This document shows positions 1 to 9,836 of a stretch of 64,000 nt of DNA, one piece after another. The notes beneath the pieces are model-generated. The model had not been told where the DNA came from and searched no databases. It worked only from the letters and a program-made list of their open reading frames with translations. Made by a program: the position numbers and the translations under genes. Each line of letters begins with the position of its first letter. The stretch's first letter is position 1. Source of the stretch: Acidiferrobacterales bacterium (GTDB taxonomy: Bacteria > Pseudomonadota > Gammaproteobacteria > Acidiferrobacterales > JAJDNE01); the NCBI GenBank assembly GCA_036446455.1, contig JAZFSZ010000098.1, positions 61 through 64,060 on the forward strand. Direction: 5' to 3'.

Positions 1-207
1 TACCGCCTTGGTAACAGTAGCGACGCCGTTCGGTTCCTGCGCCGGGCACTTGAAATCCGTCCCGATGCGGAAATATCGGCACACCTCGGTGAAGTATTGT
101 GGGCGTTGGGCAAGCAACGTCAGGCGACGCGTGTCTGGGAGCGAGCGTTGCAGAAAGATCCTGATAACGAAGTACTGCAGAGCGCTATCAAGAAATTCAA
201 GAAGTGA
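1..207 (+). CDS. TPR-repeat protein, C-terminal fragment (5' end outside window)
   Basis: Frame 1 is open from the window edge to TGA at 205-207. The translation (...DAVRFLRRALEIRPDAEISAHLGEVLWALGKQRQATRVWERALQKDPDNEVLQSAIKKFKK) has a TPR-like helix-pair pattern. A TPR gene upstream of lolB is a common arrangement. Confidence 0.6.
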   Translation, partial: YRLGNSSDAVRFLRRALEIRPDAEISAHLGEVLWALGKQRQATRVWERALQKDPDNEVLQSAIKKFKK

Positions 208-821
208 GAATCCCTGCCTTGCTGTTGTTGTCCGCCCTCCTGATCGGGTGTTCAACAACTGCTGTGCGGCTGACCGAGGCCGAACGCCAGACCGCGTGGC
301 AAAACCACCTGCAAAAGCTGAATGCCAGTCATCGCTGGAGCATGCGTGGCCGTGTTGCACTGCAAACTGACGACAGGGGCTGGCAAGCCAGAATCAGCTG
401 GGTAAAGTCGGAGCGGAAACAGCACATTCAGTTAAGCGGTCCGTTTGGGGGTAGTGTGGTGGCGTTAACACAGGACCGGAATGGTGCGGTGCTAAGAGAC
501 AACCGGGGTAATGAATACATGGATAGCGACGCTGAGCGCCTGTTGCAACAGGTGACGGGTTGGAAGATACCGATCAATGGCTTGCAATACTGGGTACGCG
601 GTCAGGCGATACCCAATGTAAACGCCAAACTGGAGCTCGACGAAATCGGTCGTCTGAAAAGTCTCAAGCAAAACAACTGGGAAATCCGGTATCTGGCCTA
701 TGCCCGTTACGGTCAATTGCAATTGCCGCGACGAATTTTCATGTCGCGCCTCGTGGGCGATGGCAGTGGACGGATACTGGAGGTGCGGCTGGCGCTCAAT
801 CGTTGGCAGTCTGACCCATGA
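204..821 (+). CDS. lolB: Outer-membrane lipoprotein LolB
   Basis: 205-aa ORF with a GTG start overlapping the upstream stop. Lipoprotein signal peptide with lipobox (MRIPALLLLSALLIGCS). Size and position directly upstream of ispE fit LolB. Confidence 0.85.
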   Translation: MRIPALLLLSALLIGCSTTAVRLTEAERQTAWQNHLQKLNASHRWSMRGRVALQTDDRGWQARISWVKSERKQHIQLSGPFGGSVVALTQDRNGAVLRDNRGNEYMDSDAERLLQQVTGWKIPINGLQYWVRGQAIPNVNAKLELDEIGRLKSLKQNNWEIRYLAYARYGQLQLPRRIFMSRLVGDGSGRILEVRLALNRWQSDP

Positions 822-1663
822 GCGGGGCCAGCTGGCCAGCCCCGGCCAAGATCAATCTTTTTCTGCACATTAATCGGCAGCGCGAGGATGGCTACCATGA
901 ACTGCAGACGGTGTTCCAGTTTCTCGATTTTGGTGACGAATTATCGTTTTCGATAACAGACGACCCCGCCATCAGGCATTCACAGCCACCGGCGGGAATC
1001 GACAAACACAACGAACTCTGCCGACGGGCCGCCAGACTACTTCAGCAAACCTGTAATATTGAGCAGGGTGTTGAAATCACCCTCACTAAACGAATCCCGC
1101 AAGGTGGTGGCCTTGGCGGCGGCAGTTCCGACGCCGCGACCACATTGCAGGCCCTGAACCGGCTTTGGGGTGTGAGTCTGTCTCGAGATGAGCTCATTGT
1201 GCTTGGATTACAGTTGGGCGCCGATGTACCCGTATTTTTGCGTGGCCAGACTGCGTGGGCGGAAGGGGTAGGAGAAAAACTGACCCCGATCGAGCTGGAA
1301 CCATCCTGGTATGTGGTGATCTCGCCGGATGTCCAGGTTGCTACCGCCGACATATTCGCTCATCCTGAATTGACACGTGATAGCCCTCCCATCACAATAC
1401 GCGCCTTTCGCGAGGGGCGGGTAAGGAACGATCTGGAGCCGGTTGTTCGCAAGTTGTACCCGCAGGTGGATAAGGCCTTGCGATGGCTGCAATCATTTGG
1501 CAATCCCAGGATGACGGGGTCCGGAGCGGGTGTCTTTTTACCGGTCGCTGACCGCGTGCAGGGCGAGGAAGTCCTGGCTCAATGCCCGGGCGAGTGGGCC
1601 GGCTTTGTTGCCCGAGGCCTGACTCAGTCGCCGCTTGTGGAAAGGTTGGCGCAAGAAAGTTGA
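818..1663 (+). CDS. ispE: 4-diphosphocytidyl-2-C-methyl-D-erythritol kinase
   Basis: 281 aa. N-terminal WPAPAKINLFLHI and GHMP-kinase glycine motif PQGGGLGGGSSDAA. ATGA start/stop overlap with lolB. Confidence 0.93.
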   Translation: MSGASWPAPAKINLFLHINRQREDGYHELQTVFQFLDFGDELSFSITDDPAIRHSQPPAGIDKHNELCRRAARLLQQTCNIEQGVEITLTKRIPQGGGLGGGSSDAATTLQALNRLWGVSLSRDELIVLGLQLGADVPVFLRGQTAWAEGVGEKLTPIELEPSWYVVISPDVQVATADIFAHPELTRDSPPITIRAFREGRVRNDLEPVVRKLYPQVDKALRWLQSFGNPRMTGSGAGVFLPVADRVQGEEVLAQCPGEWAGFVARGLTQSPLVERLAQES

Positions 1664-1709
1664 GGAATTGCATCTGGTGGTAGCCAGGTTCAATTCTTGA
1701 GTTTTGTGC

Positions 1710-1784
1710 TGGGGCGTCGCCAAGTGGTAAGGCACTGGATTTTGATTCCAGTATTCCCAGGTTCGAATCCTGGCGCCCCAACCA
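1710..1784 (+). tRNA. tRNA-Gln (anticodon TTG)
   Basis: 75-nt cloverleaf. Acceptor TGGGGCG/CGCCCCA, anticodon stem-loop CTGGA-TTTTGAT-TCCAG, T arm GGTTCGAATCC, encoded CCA. Architecture closely parallels E. coli tRNA-Gln. Its position between ispE and prs is a conserved arrangement. Confidence 0.95.
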
Positions 1785-1836
1785 TATTATGGCGCTGGTT
1801 GCTGTAGATTTCTGGTTCATCCCGGGGAGGGTTTAG

Positions 1837-2787
1837 TTGCCACTGGATAACGTCGTTGTTTTTGCCGGTAATGCCAATAAAGAGTTGGCAGATCGCGTGT
1901 CGGGTCATTTGGGAATTCCGCTGGGCAAGGCCGTGGTGGGACGCTTTAGCGACGGTGAAATCATGGTGGAGATCATGGAACATGTCCGTGGTAAGGATGT
2001 GTTTATTTTGCAATCTACATGTTCACCCAGTAACGACAATTTAATGGAATTGCTGGTATTGATCGATGCCGTGAAACGTTCGTCGGCCAGCCGCATTACG
2101 GCGGTGATGCCATATTTTGGTTACGCTCGCCAGGATCGCCGGCCGCGCACCGCGCGCGTATCGATCACGGCCAAGCTGGTGGCGGGAATGATTTCGACCG
2201 CCGGTGCCGACCGGGCGCTGATCATGGATCTGCACGCTGATCAGATTCAGGGATTTTTCAATATTCCAGTGGATAATATTTATGCCGGACCGGTGTTGCT
2301 GGGCGATATCTGGAAACACGAATACCCGGATTTGCTGGTGGTATCGCCGGATGTGGGCGGTGTTGTCCGAGCGCGTGGTCTGGCAAAACACCTGGAAGCC
2401 GATCTTGCCATTATCGACAAACGTCGACCGCGGGCAAATGAGGCCAAGGTGATGAATATTATTGGTGAGGTTAAAAACCGCACCTGCGTGCTGATGGATG
2501 ACCTGGTCGATCCCGCGGGGACATTGTGTGAGGCTGCGAGTGCGTTGAAGGAAAAGGGTGCGTTGAAGGTATTGGCATATTGCACGCACCCCGTGCTTTC
2601 AGGAGATGCGGTGTTGCGCATTAACGACTCGCAACTGGACGAACTGGTGGTGACCGATACCATCCCGTTGAGTGATGAGGCCAAAACCTCGGAAAAAATA
2701 CGCCAGCTGAGTATTGCAGAGTTGCTGGCCGAGACGATGCGCCGTATCGCAATGGAGGATTCGGTGAGTTCACTGTTTATGGAGTAA
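1837..2787 (+). CDS. prs: Ribose-phosphate pyrophosphokinase
   Basis: 316 aa. TTG start a few nt after GGAGG. Prs signatures [38 protein letters not shown]. Confidence 0.95.
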   Translation: MPLDNVVVFAGNANKELADRVSGHLGIPLGKAVVGRFSDGEIMVEIMEHVRGKDVFILQSTCSPSNDNLMELLVLIDAVKRSSASRITAVMPYFGYARQDRRPRTARVSITAKLVAGMISTAGADRALIMDLHADQIQGFFNIPVDNIYAGPVLLGDIWKHEYPDLLVVSPDVGGVVRARGLAKHLEADLAIIDKRRPRANEAKVMNIIGEVKNRTCVLMDDLVDPAGTLCEAASALKEKGALKVLAYCTHPVLSGDAVLRINDSQLDELVVTDTIPLSDEAKTSEKIRQLSIAELLAETMRRIAMEDSVSSLFME

Positions 2788-2813
2788 TGGTCGTGAGACG
2801 GTTTCTTCAGGTG

Positions 2814-2838
2814 GTGGCTGAATTTACAAGCCACTTTT
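2814..2838 (+). terminator. Candidate intrinsic terminator/attenuator after prs
   Basis: Hairpin GTGGCT (2814-2819) / AGCCAC (2829-2834) with a 9-nt loop, followed by TTTT (2835-2838). The stem is short (6 bp), so the call is tentative. Confidence 0.4.
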
Positions 2839-2895
2839 CAGGTAGTCAGACCGAACCTGGTCGCGGGTAAGGTCATTTGAAAGAGGAGTTAGGCA

Positions 2896-3564
2896 ATGGC
2901 TGCAAATTTTGAATTAAACGTTGATAAGCGTGATACGAAAGGAACGGGTGCGAGCCGCCGTCTGCGTCGTGCGGGTCAGGTGCCGGGTATTATTTACGGT
3001 GCCGACAAAGATCCGGAGATGGTCAGTTTTAAGCACGACAAGATTTATCATCTGTTGGAGAATGAGGCCTTTCATACGTCAATTATTGATGTAAAAAGCG
3101 GTAGCGATACCCAGCAGGTGATTCTGCGTGATGTGCAATATCATGCGTATAAACAGATGGTGCTGCACATGGATTTGCAACGTATTTCTGCCAGTGAAAA
3201 GATCCACATGCGCGTGCCGTTGCACTTCATTGGTGAAGATGTCGCGCCTGGCGTCAAACTGCAGGACGGTATTGTGTCTCACCTAATGACTGAATTGGAC
3301 GTTACGTGTCTGGCATCGAACCTCCCGGAATACCTGGAAGCCGATATTTCAGAGCTTCATCTGCATGAGTCTCTTCATTTGTCTGACATTAAGCTGACAG
3401 AGGGTGTCGAGCTAACGAGCTTGTTTCACGGCGGTGATAACCTGGCGATAGTGACCATTGCAGCCGTACGTGGCAGTATTGAGGAAGAAGAAAAAGAAGA
3501 AGCAGAAGGCGAAGAAGGCGAAGAAGGCGAGGCCTCGGAAGAAGAGCCCAAGGAAGGCGAGTAA
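2896..3564 (+). CDS. rplY: 50S ribosomal protein L25 / general stress protein Ctc (long form with acidic tail)
   Basis: 222 aa. N-terminus FELNVDKRDTKGTGASRRLRRAGQVPGIIYG is typical of L25/Ctc. RBS AGAGGAG upstream. C-terminal Glu-rich tail. Confidence 0.93.
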   Translation: MAANFELNVDKRDTKGTGASRRLRRAGQVPGIIYGADKDPEMVSFKHDKIYHLLENEAFHTSIIDVKSGSDTQQVILRDVQYHAYKQMVLHMDLQRISASEKIHMRVPLHFIGEDVAPGVKLQDGIVSHLMTELDVTCLASNLPEYLEADISELHLHESLHLSDIKLTEGVELTSLFHGGDNLAIVTIAAVRGSIEEEEKEEAEGEEGEEGEASEEEPKEGE

Positions 3565-3597
3565 GGTTTCGCCTGACCTCACGACAGGATATCAACT

Positions 3598-4182
3598 ATG
3601 GCCCAGGGAATTTCCCTCATTGTTGGCCTTGGAAATCCTGGCAAGACCTACGCGGCAACCCGGCACAATGCCGGGTTCCGTTTTATTGAGGCCTTGTTAC
3701 GAGCTGCGGGCGGTAGTCTGAAAGCGGAAAAACGCTTTGCCGGCGATGCCGGCCGAGTTGAGCTTGCAGGCCGTGATGTATGGGTGTTGAAACCATCGAC
3801 GTTCATGAATGGCAGCGGTGAGGCCGTCGCCAGATTATCGCGATTCTATAAAATCGTGCCGGAGCACATTCTGGTGATACACGATGAGATCGATTTACCG
3901 CCAGGGACAGTTCGCCTCAAGTCTGGTGGTGGTCACGGCGGTCATAACGGTTTGCGCGATATCATCAATAAAATAGGATCGAAGGAATTCATGCGCCTGC
4001 GCATTGGTATCGGTCACCCCGGCACGGCCCCTCAGGTTGAGTCCTATGTTCTTAAGAAGGCATCACAGGCGGAACAACAGCAAACCAATGCCGCGATCGG
4101 CGCGGCATTGATACAGGTAGATGAGATAATTTGTGGCAATTACGGGCAGGTAATGAATGACCTGCATGGCCACCGCGGTTAA
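3598..4182 (+). CDS. pth: Peptidyl-tRNA hydrolase
   Basis: 194 aa. LIVGLGNPGKTYAATRHNAGF and GGHGGHNGLRD motifs. Conserved rplY-pth-ychF order. Confidence 0.95.
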   Translation: MAQGISLIVGLGNPGKTYAATRHNAGFRFIEALLRAAGGSLKAEKRFAGDAGRVELAGRDVWVLKPSTFMNGSGEAVARLSRFYKIVPEHILVIHDEIDLPPGTVRLKSGGGHGGHNGLRDIINKIGSKEFMRLRIGIGHPGTAPQVESYVLKKASQAEQQQTNAAIGAALIQVDEIICGNYGQVMNDLHGHRG

Positions 4183-4199
4183 ATCGGGGTCGATAGTTT

Positions 4200-5291
4200 A
4201 TGGGATTCAAATGTGGCATCGTTGGTTTACCCAATGTCGGCAAATCGACATTGTTCAATGCCCTTACAAAAGCGGAGATTCAGGCAGAGAACTATCCGTT
4301 TTGCACCATTGATCCCAATATCGGCATTGTCGAGGTACCGGACCCGCGCCTCGACAAACTCGCTTCTATTGTTAACCCGCAACGCGTTTTGCCGACCACA
4401 ATCGAATTTGTGGACATTGCCGGTCTTGTCGCCGGCGCTTCCAAAGGCGAAGGACTTGGCAATCAATTCCTGGCACATATCCGCGAAGTCGATGCCATTG
4501 CCCAGGTAGTGCGTTGTTTTGAAGATGAAAATATTGTCCACGTAGCGGGAACGATTGATCCATTGGCCGACATCGATGTGATCAATACCGAGCTGGCGCT
4601 GGCTGATATGGAAACGGTTGAGCGTGCGCTGGCCAAGGCAGAGAAGGGGTCAAAGGCCGGAGACAAGGAACAGGTCAAGCTTGGTAAATTGTTAATACGT
4701 GTGCTCGCCGCATTGAACGAAGGTGAACCTGTTCGCACCATGGGTCTTGATGAAGACGATACTCGGCTTATACGACCTCTATTCTTGCTCACAGCAAAAC
4801 CAACATTGTTTATCGCCAACGTCGATGAACAGGGATTTGCAGACAATGCGCATCTGGATCGTGTTACGGAAATCGCAGACAAAGAAGGCGCCGAAGTGGT
4901 GCCGATATGTGCCGCAATTGAGGTCGAGCTGATTGACATGAGTGACGAGGAGAAGCAGGAATTTCTTGCAGATATGGGTCTGAGTGAACCTGGACTCAAT
5001 CGAGTCATTCGTGCAGGCTACCGTTTGCTGGGATTGCAGACGTTCTTTACCGCCGGAGAGAAGGAGGTTCGCGCCTGGACGGTGCGGCAAGGCGCGCTGG
5101 CCCCTCAGGCAGCCGGCGTAATCCATACTGATTTTGAACGCGGTTTTATTCGCGCCGAGCTGGCATCTTTTGATGATTATGTGAGCAACGGTGGTGAGCA
5201 CGGGGCGAAAGAAGCTGGAAAACTGCGTCTGGAAGGCAAGGACTACGAGATGCAGGATGGCGATGTGGTCCATTTCCGGTTTAATGTCTGA
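4200..5291 (+). CDS. ychF: Redox-regulated ATPase YchF (Obg-family GTPase-like)
   Basis: 363 aa. P-loop [18 protein letters not shown] and the conserved C-terminal TGS-like region ending HFRFNV. Confidence 0.95.
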   Translation: MGFKCGIVGLPNVGKSTLFNALTKAEIQAENYPFCTIDPNIGIVEVPDPRLDKLASIVNPQRVLPTTIEFVDIAGLVAGASKGEGLGNQFLAHIREVDAIAQVVRCFEDENIVHVAGTIDPLADIDVINTELALADMETVERALAKAEKGSKAGDKEQVKLGKLLIRVLAALNEGEPVRTMGLDEDDTRLIRPLFLLTAKPTLFIANVDEQGFADNAHLDRVTEIADKEGAEVVPICAAIEVELIDMSDEEKQEFLADMGLSEPGLNRVIRAGYRLLGLQTFFTAGEKEVRAWTVRQGALAPQAAGVIHTDFERGFIRAELASFDDYVSNGGEHGAKEAGKLRLEGKDYEMQDGDVVHFRFNV

Positions 5292-5393
5292 GGTTTTAAT
5301 TCCCGCAGCTTATTCTTTCGATTTATATTCCGTCATAATGTTGCGGTGTTGTCTGTTGTTTAACGCGGTTTGACAGCGTATTTTGGTTGAATC

Positions 5394-5422
5394 TTGACAA
5401 GGCGGGAGGGAAAACCCAGAAT
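5394..5422 (+). promoter_or_regulatory. Candidate sigma70 promoter for the tRNA(CAT) gene
   Basis: TTGACA (5394-5399), 17-nt spacer, CAGAAT (5417-5422), then a GC-rich discriminator-like CCCGCGTC. It lies about 35 nt upstream of the tRNA. Recognised by pattern only. Confidence 0.45.
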
Positions 5423-5456
5423 CCCGCGTCTTTTCAGCCCGAACCGGGCAATCCAT

Positions 5457-5533
<77 letters not shown>

Positions 5534-5698
5534 TTTCCCGGCTCTACCCGTAGCCGAATGGGTGGCACTATTTCTGACGTGATAATCGCATTGCGATTTT
5601 CACCTGTTAGATTGATGTCGTACCACCGTACCGACGGCACCACAGAAAAAAGACGCGCCAGAGTGCGACGCGCCTTGCCAGTATTCAGAAATTTGCTT

Positions 5699-6139
5699 TT
5701 ATTGATCTTCCATATCGTTGGCTTCCGCCAGCTCACGTTGTTTTTTTAGTAATGCTTTTGAGCGAGCGCGCTTTTTGGCTGTCAAAGCGCGATTTACCCT
5801 TTGTTCATGCGCTCTTAGTTTGGCATCGTCGGCAGCTATCATGGCTTTCTTTGCTCGTTCTGCATTGGAGATAGCTGATAAGCGATTCGCCAGTTTGTGT
5901 TTGGCGCGTATATCGCCCTTGGATGCGGCCTTTTCATACCAATTGTAGGCCTGATCAAGATCAACCGGTGTGCCCATTCCTTGTTCATGCATTTTGCCGA
6001 GTGAATACAGGGCACTGGCATTGCCACTTTGTGCCAGCTGTACCTGGACCTGAAAGAGTTTTACATAGGAATTAGCCAGATCGTCGGCCATTGATGGCAT
6101 TGCCACCAGCGCGATCAGGAGAACCAGTATTCGAGTCAT
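5699..6139 (-). CDS. Exported Sel1-repeat (TPR-like) protein
   Basis: ORF 5699-6148. I prefer the ATG at 6139, which has AAAGGG about 8 nt upstream (146 aa). Signal peptide MTRILVLLIALVAMPSMA. Sel1-type repeat SALYSLGKMHEQGMGTPVDLDQAYNWYEKAASKGDIRAKHKLA. Lys/Arg/Ala-rich C-terminal tail. Confidence 0.75.
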   Translation of the reverse strand: MTRILVLLIALVAMPSMADDLANSYVKLFQVQVQLAQSGNASALYSLGKMHEQGMGTPVDLDQAYNWYEKAASKGDIRAKHKLANRLSAISNAERAKKAMIAADDAKLRAHEQRVNRALTAKKRARSKALLKKQRELAEANDMEDQ

Positions 6140-6942
6140 AGCGCACACCCTTTAAATTCAATCGGTACAGTTAAGCGCTGGCCTGCAGCGACCAAAATTA
6201 GCGCCAACTGACGTGCCAGATACCCAGACGCTCAATTTCCGTTAATCTCTACCGCCTTTTTAATTGTATACGCGGTATCGTGGCCCACAAGGGCAGAATT
6301 CCACCGATTTTTACCGGTTTTTGCCTTTTACCGGCAGATTTTCGTCAGCTGTGGCTGCATCAATCGGTCCTGTAGAATACCGGACTTGTTATGGAATCGA
6401 ATTTTGCCGGGAACAGCGTTATGGTGGAACTGACAACAGACAAATTGCAGAATGCATTCAACAATTCCCTTATTGCCCGATGCAAGTCCAGATCGTTACA
6501 TAATATGCGGATTTAAATTCAATTTGTTATAAATTGTCCCCCGAAAATCTTGTATAGATGCATTCTGGTTCACCGGTTTCAACAGCGGTGATTCCCCGCA
6601 CTTTTATGCCAGATCGAAGCGGGTAGTGCTGTTCGAAACACTCAATTCGTCCGGCATTTGCACTCGCTCAACTTGCGCTGCTGTTACTATATGTGCCACG
6701 TTACTACTTGAGACAAGGCAAGATTGGCGTTGCGTCGAAGACCACTCAGCCGGTTGAGCTTGCTCGTGATCGGGTGGGCTTTGGGGAGGCATACCCCGCC
6801 GACCGATTTAACCGTTATCCTGCGTGATTTCCGTGTCGAGCATCAAAACATGCGGGTGCGCAGGACAGATCAGTACCGAATGACTGGAATTTTGGTTCAG
6901 CCGCGGGTACATTACTCCGCCCCGCCCGGGTATAACACAGCT

Positions 6943-8316
6943 ATGGACAATCATTCTTCAAACCATCCGGATTCGAGTGCACTACGCAGCGTTTTTATTA
7001 AAACGTTCGGGTGTCAGATGAACGATTATGATTCCGCACGCATGGTGGATTTACTGCGCGACAGTCATGGCCTGCAGGCCGTGGACAATGCCGAAGACGC
7101 CGATGTGTTGCTGCTCAATACCTGTTCCATCCGGGAAAAAGCACAGGAAAAAGTGTTTTCCGAACTGGGGCGCTGGAATGAATTGAAACAAAAACGGCCC
7201 GGGATTGTCATTGGTGTCGGTGGATGCGTGGCCAGCCAGGAGGGGGCAGCCATCACGCAGCGCGCCCCCTTTGTTGATCTGGTGTTCGGACCACAAACGC
7301 TTCATCGTCTGCCAAAAATGCTCGACGCTGTTATCGCCGACGGTCCTGGACAGATTGATACCTCGTTTCCTGAAATCGAAAAGTTTGATTGCCTACCGGT
7401 TCCCAGGGTAGACGGTGTTCGCGCCTACGTTTCCATCATGGAGGGCTGCAGCAAGTACTGCACATATTGCGTTGTTCCCTACACCCGGGGTGAAGAGTTT
7501 AGCCGGCCGTTCGATGGTGTGCTGGCGGAAGTGGTGCACCTGGCGGAGCAAGGCGTGCGCGAAGTCACCTTACTTGGTCAAAATGTGAATTGCTATCAGG
7601 GAGCGATGTTTGGCGGTGGCGAGGCCGATCTCGCTTTACTGATCCGTTATATTGCAGAAATCGATGGTTTTGATCGCATTCGTTATACAACATCTCATCC
7701 AATGCATTTTAATGGCAGTCTCATTGCCGCCTATACTGATGTGCCACAATTGGTTAACCACCTTCATTTGCCGGTGCAAAGCGGTTCCGACAGGATCCTC
7801 TCACTGATGAAGCGCGGCCATACCGTTATGGAGTACAAGTCCCGTATTCGCAAGTTGCGTGCGGTACGCCCGGACATCAGCCTGTCCAGTGATTTTATCG
7901 TTGGTTTTCCCGGCGAATCTGACGAGGACTTTGAGGCAACTATGAAACTGATTGAGGATGTCGGATTTGACCACTCCTTCAGCTTTATCTATAGTGCGCG
8001 GCCCGGTACACCGGCGGCGGATTTGGAAGATAATGTCTCGCCTGAGGTAAAGCGGCAGCGCTTGTCCCGCTTGCAGGCACGTATTAATGAAATGGCGGCA
8101 ACGATATCTACACAGATGGTCGGTACCGTACAAAAAGTGCTGGTAGAAGGCCCGGCACGCAAAGGTAAAGACATGTTGGCGGGGCGCACGGAAAACAATC
8201 GGGTGGTCAATTTTGCATCTAATGATAGATCCCTGGTGGGGAAATTTATCGATCTTGCGATCACAGAGGCGATGCCAAACAGCCTGCGTGCGGAAGTACT
8301 TGCTGCCCGCATTTGA
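6943..8316 (+). CDS. miaB: tRNA-i6A37 methylthiotransferase MiaB
   Basis: The ORF is open from 6724, but the ATG at 6943 gives a 457-aa protein of normal MiaB size. UPF0004 N-domain [14 protein letters not shown], radical-SAM CSKYCTYC, C-terminal TRAM region. Confidence 0.93.
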   Translation: MDNHSSNHPDSSALRSVFIKTFGCQMNDYDSARMVDLLRDSHGLQAVDNAEDADVLLLNTCSIREKAQEKVFSELGRWNELKQKRPGIVIGVGGCVASQEGAAITQRAPFVDLVFGPQTLHRLPKMLDAVIADGPGQIDTSFPEIEKFDCLPVPRVDGVRAYVSIMEGCSKYCTYCVVPYTRGEEFSRPFDGVLAEVVHLAEQGVREVTLLGQNVNCYQGAMFGGGEADLALLIRYIAEIDGFDRIRYTTSHPMHFNGSLIAAYTDVPQLVNHLHLPVQSGSDRILSLMKRGHTVMEYKSRIRKLRAVRPDISLSSDFIVGFPGESDEDFEATMKLIEDVGFDHSFSFIYSARPGTPAADLEDNVSPEVKRQRLSRLQARINEMAATISTQMVGTVQKVLVEGPARKGKDMLAGRTENNRVVNFASNDRSLVGKFIDLAITEAMPNSLRAEVLAARI

Positions 8317-8381
8317 GTAGCTTGACCTCTACCCACATTTAACGTCTACACTAATATTATCAACATCGCACGTAACCGGTT

Positions 8382-9365
8382 TTGAGTACCCAGACTTCCG
8401 AGATTCGTTTCAGTCTTACCCCCGCCGACAACAGCCGACTGGCCAGTCTCTGCGGCCTGCATGACGAACATATTCGCCAAATCGAGGAATCACTCGGGGT
8501 GGAGATCAGCAACCGAGGCAATAACTTTCGTGTGACTGGTAAGCCGGATATCGCCAGTTCCGTCGAAACCTTTCTTAAAGATCTGTACAAAACCACTGGT
8601 AAAGGCGAGTTACTGACCCCTTCCGGTGTGCATGTGGCATTACAGGAAATGGCGCTGGACGAACAGGGTGATCCTGACGTTCAAGATTTAATTGTTCCGA
8701 CACCGAAACGGAAGGTTAAAACCCGCAGCAAACATCAGCGGCAATACGTGCAAAATATCCAGACCCACGACATCAATTTTGGAGTCGGGCCAGCCGGTAC
8801 CGGTAAAACCTATCTAGCGGTGGCTTGCGCGGTGGAGGCGTTACAGCAGTCGGGAGTGCAGCGCATCATGCTAGTCCGGCCGGCGGTGGAAGCCGGCGAG
8901 CGCCTGGGTTTCTTGCCTGGGGATCTGGAGCAGAAAGTCGAACCCTATTTACGGCCGCTTTACGATGCTCTGCATGACATGCTTGGTTACGAGAAAGTCA
9001 ATCGGCTGCTGGACAAAAACGTGATTGAGCTGGCGCCGTTGGCCTACATGCGCGGACGCACCCTGAATGATTCGTTTATCATTCTCGATGAGGCGCAAAA
9101 CACAACACCGGAGCAAATGAAAATGTTTCTCACCCGCATCGGTTTTGGTACGACTGCTGTTATTACCGGTGATATTACGCAGGTCGATTTGCCGCGCCAC
9201 CAGAAGTCTGGGCTGCGCGAAGTAATCAGCATCCTCGGGGGAGTAAAAGGAATCAGCTTTACCACGTTTAGCAATCGCGATGTAGTGCGGCATCCGTTGG
9301 TGCAGAAAATTGTTGAAGCCTACGAGAATCATAAGCCAGACACGAAAGGGAACGATAAAGCCTAG
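8382..9365 (+). CDS. ybeZ: PhoH-like ATPase (YbeZ)
   Basis: 327 aa, TTG start. Walker A GPAGTGKTYLAVA and the IILDEAQN box. Conserved miaB-ybeZ-ybeY-corC-lnt order. Confidence 0.9.
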   Translation: MSTQTSEIRFSLTPADNSRLASLCGLHDEHIRQIEESLGVEISNRGNNFRVTGKPDIASSVETFLKDLYKTTGKGELLTPSGVHVALQEMALDEQGDPDVQDLIVPTPKRKVKTRSKHQRQYVQNIQTHDINFGVGPAGTGKTYLAVACAVEALQQSGVQRIMLVRPAVEAGERLGFLPGDLEQKVEPYLRPLYDALHDMLGYEKVNRLLDKNVIELAPLAYMRGRTLNDSFIILDEAQNTTPEQMKMFLTRIGFGTTAVITGDITQVDLPRHQKSGLREVISILGGVKGISFTTFSNRDVVRHPLVQKIVEAYENHKPDTKGNDKA

Positions 9366-9369
9366 TGTG

Positions 9370-9813
9370 ATGGAGATTACCTTGCAGGACGTCTCGAACA
9401 GCGGTGATGTCCCCGGTGAAGATGAATTCAGGCAATGGCTGCTTGCTGCATTGGAAAGACAGGACGTCAAAGTGACGGTAAGGCTGGTTGATGAAGAAGA
9501 AATGGGCGAGCTTAACCATCGGTATCGACACAAATCAGGTCCGACCAACGTGCTATCCTTTCCGTTTGAAGATCCGCCGGGTATCAGCAGTGGAATTCTT
9601 GGAGATATCGTTATCTGCGCGCCGGTGGTGAGGCGCGAGGCTAAGGAGCAGGAAAAAACCGTGTTGTCACATTGGGCACATATGGTAATACACAGCATCA
9701 TGCATTTGCAGGGTTACGACCATAAAGATGAGCAGGAAGCGCTGGCAATGGAAACGCAGGAAACGCGCATCATGATGCAACTGGGTTTCCCCGCGCCCTA
9801 TAACGAAAACTGA
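9370..9813 (+). CDS. ybeY: Endoribonuclease YbeY (rRNA maturation)
   Basis: The ATG at 9370 lies just after the ybeZ stop (the ORF is open from 9310). Zn-binding HSIMHLQGYDH motif. 147 aa. Confidence 0.92.
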   Translation: MEITLQDVSNSGDVPGEDEFRQWLLAALERQDVKVTVRLVDEEEMGELNHRYRHKSGPTNVLSFPFEDPPGISSGILGDIVICAPVVRREAKEQEKTVLSHWAHMVIHSIMHLQGYDHKDEQEALAMETQETRIMMQLGFPAPYNEN

Positions 9814-9836
9814 AATCACAACAACTTGCGGAAGAT

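Noticed and set aside
3481-3540. GAA/GGC-rich 9-nt periodic repeat (gaaggcgaa x3) that at first looked like a tandem repeat element
   Set aside because: It is in frame at the 3' end of rplY and simply encodes the acidic EEEEKEEAEGEEGEEGEA tail. It is a low-complexity coding sequence, not a repeat element or CRISPR.
4463-5008. 181-aa Ser-rich minus-strand ORF inside ychF
   Set aside because: It is a shadow ORF of a highly conserved gene, with extreme Ser/Ala low complexity.
5651-5673. A-run followed by GC-rich sequence downstream of the Sel1 gene, considered as a bidirectional terminator
   Set aside because: The GC-rich 8-mers (GACGCGCC) are direct repeats, not inverted. Only a 4-bp GCGC self-pair is possible, so no credible hairpin forms.
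6724-6942. 73-codon N-terminal extension of the miaB ORF
   Set aside because: The extension has no MiaB-like sequence. The ATG at 6943 gives the canonical distance to the FGCQMN motif and a normal protein length.
8949-9701. 250-aa minus-strand ORF antisense to phoH/ybeY
   Set aside because: It is fully overlapped by two well-supported plus-strand genes with clear motifs. Its translation is low-complexity and Ser/Cys/Leu-rich with no recognisable domain. This is a typical shadow ORF.
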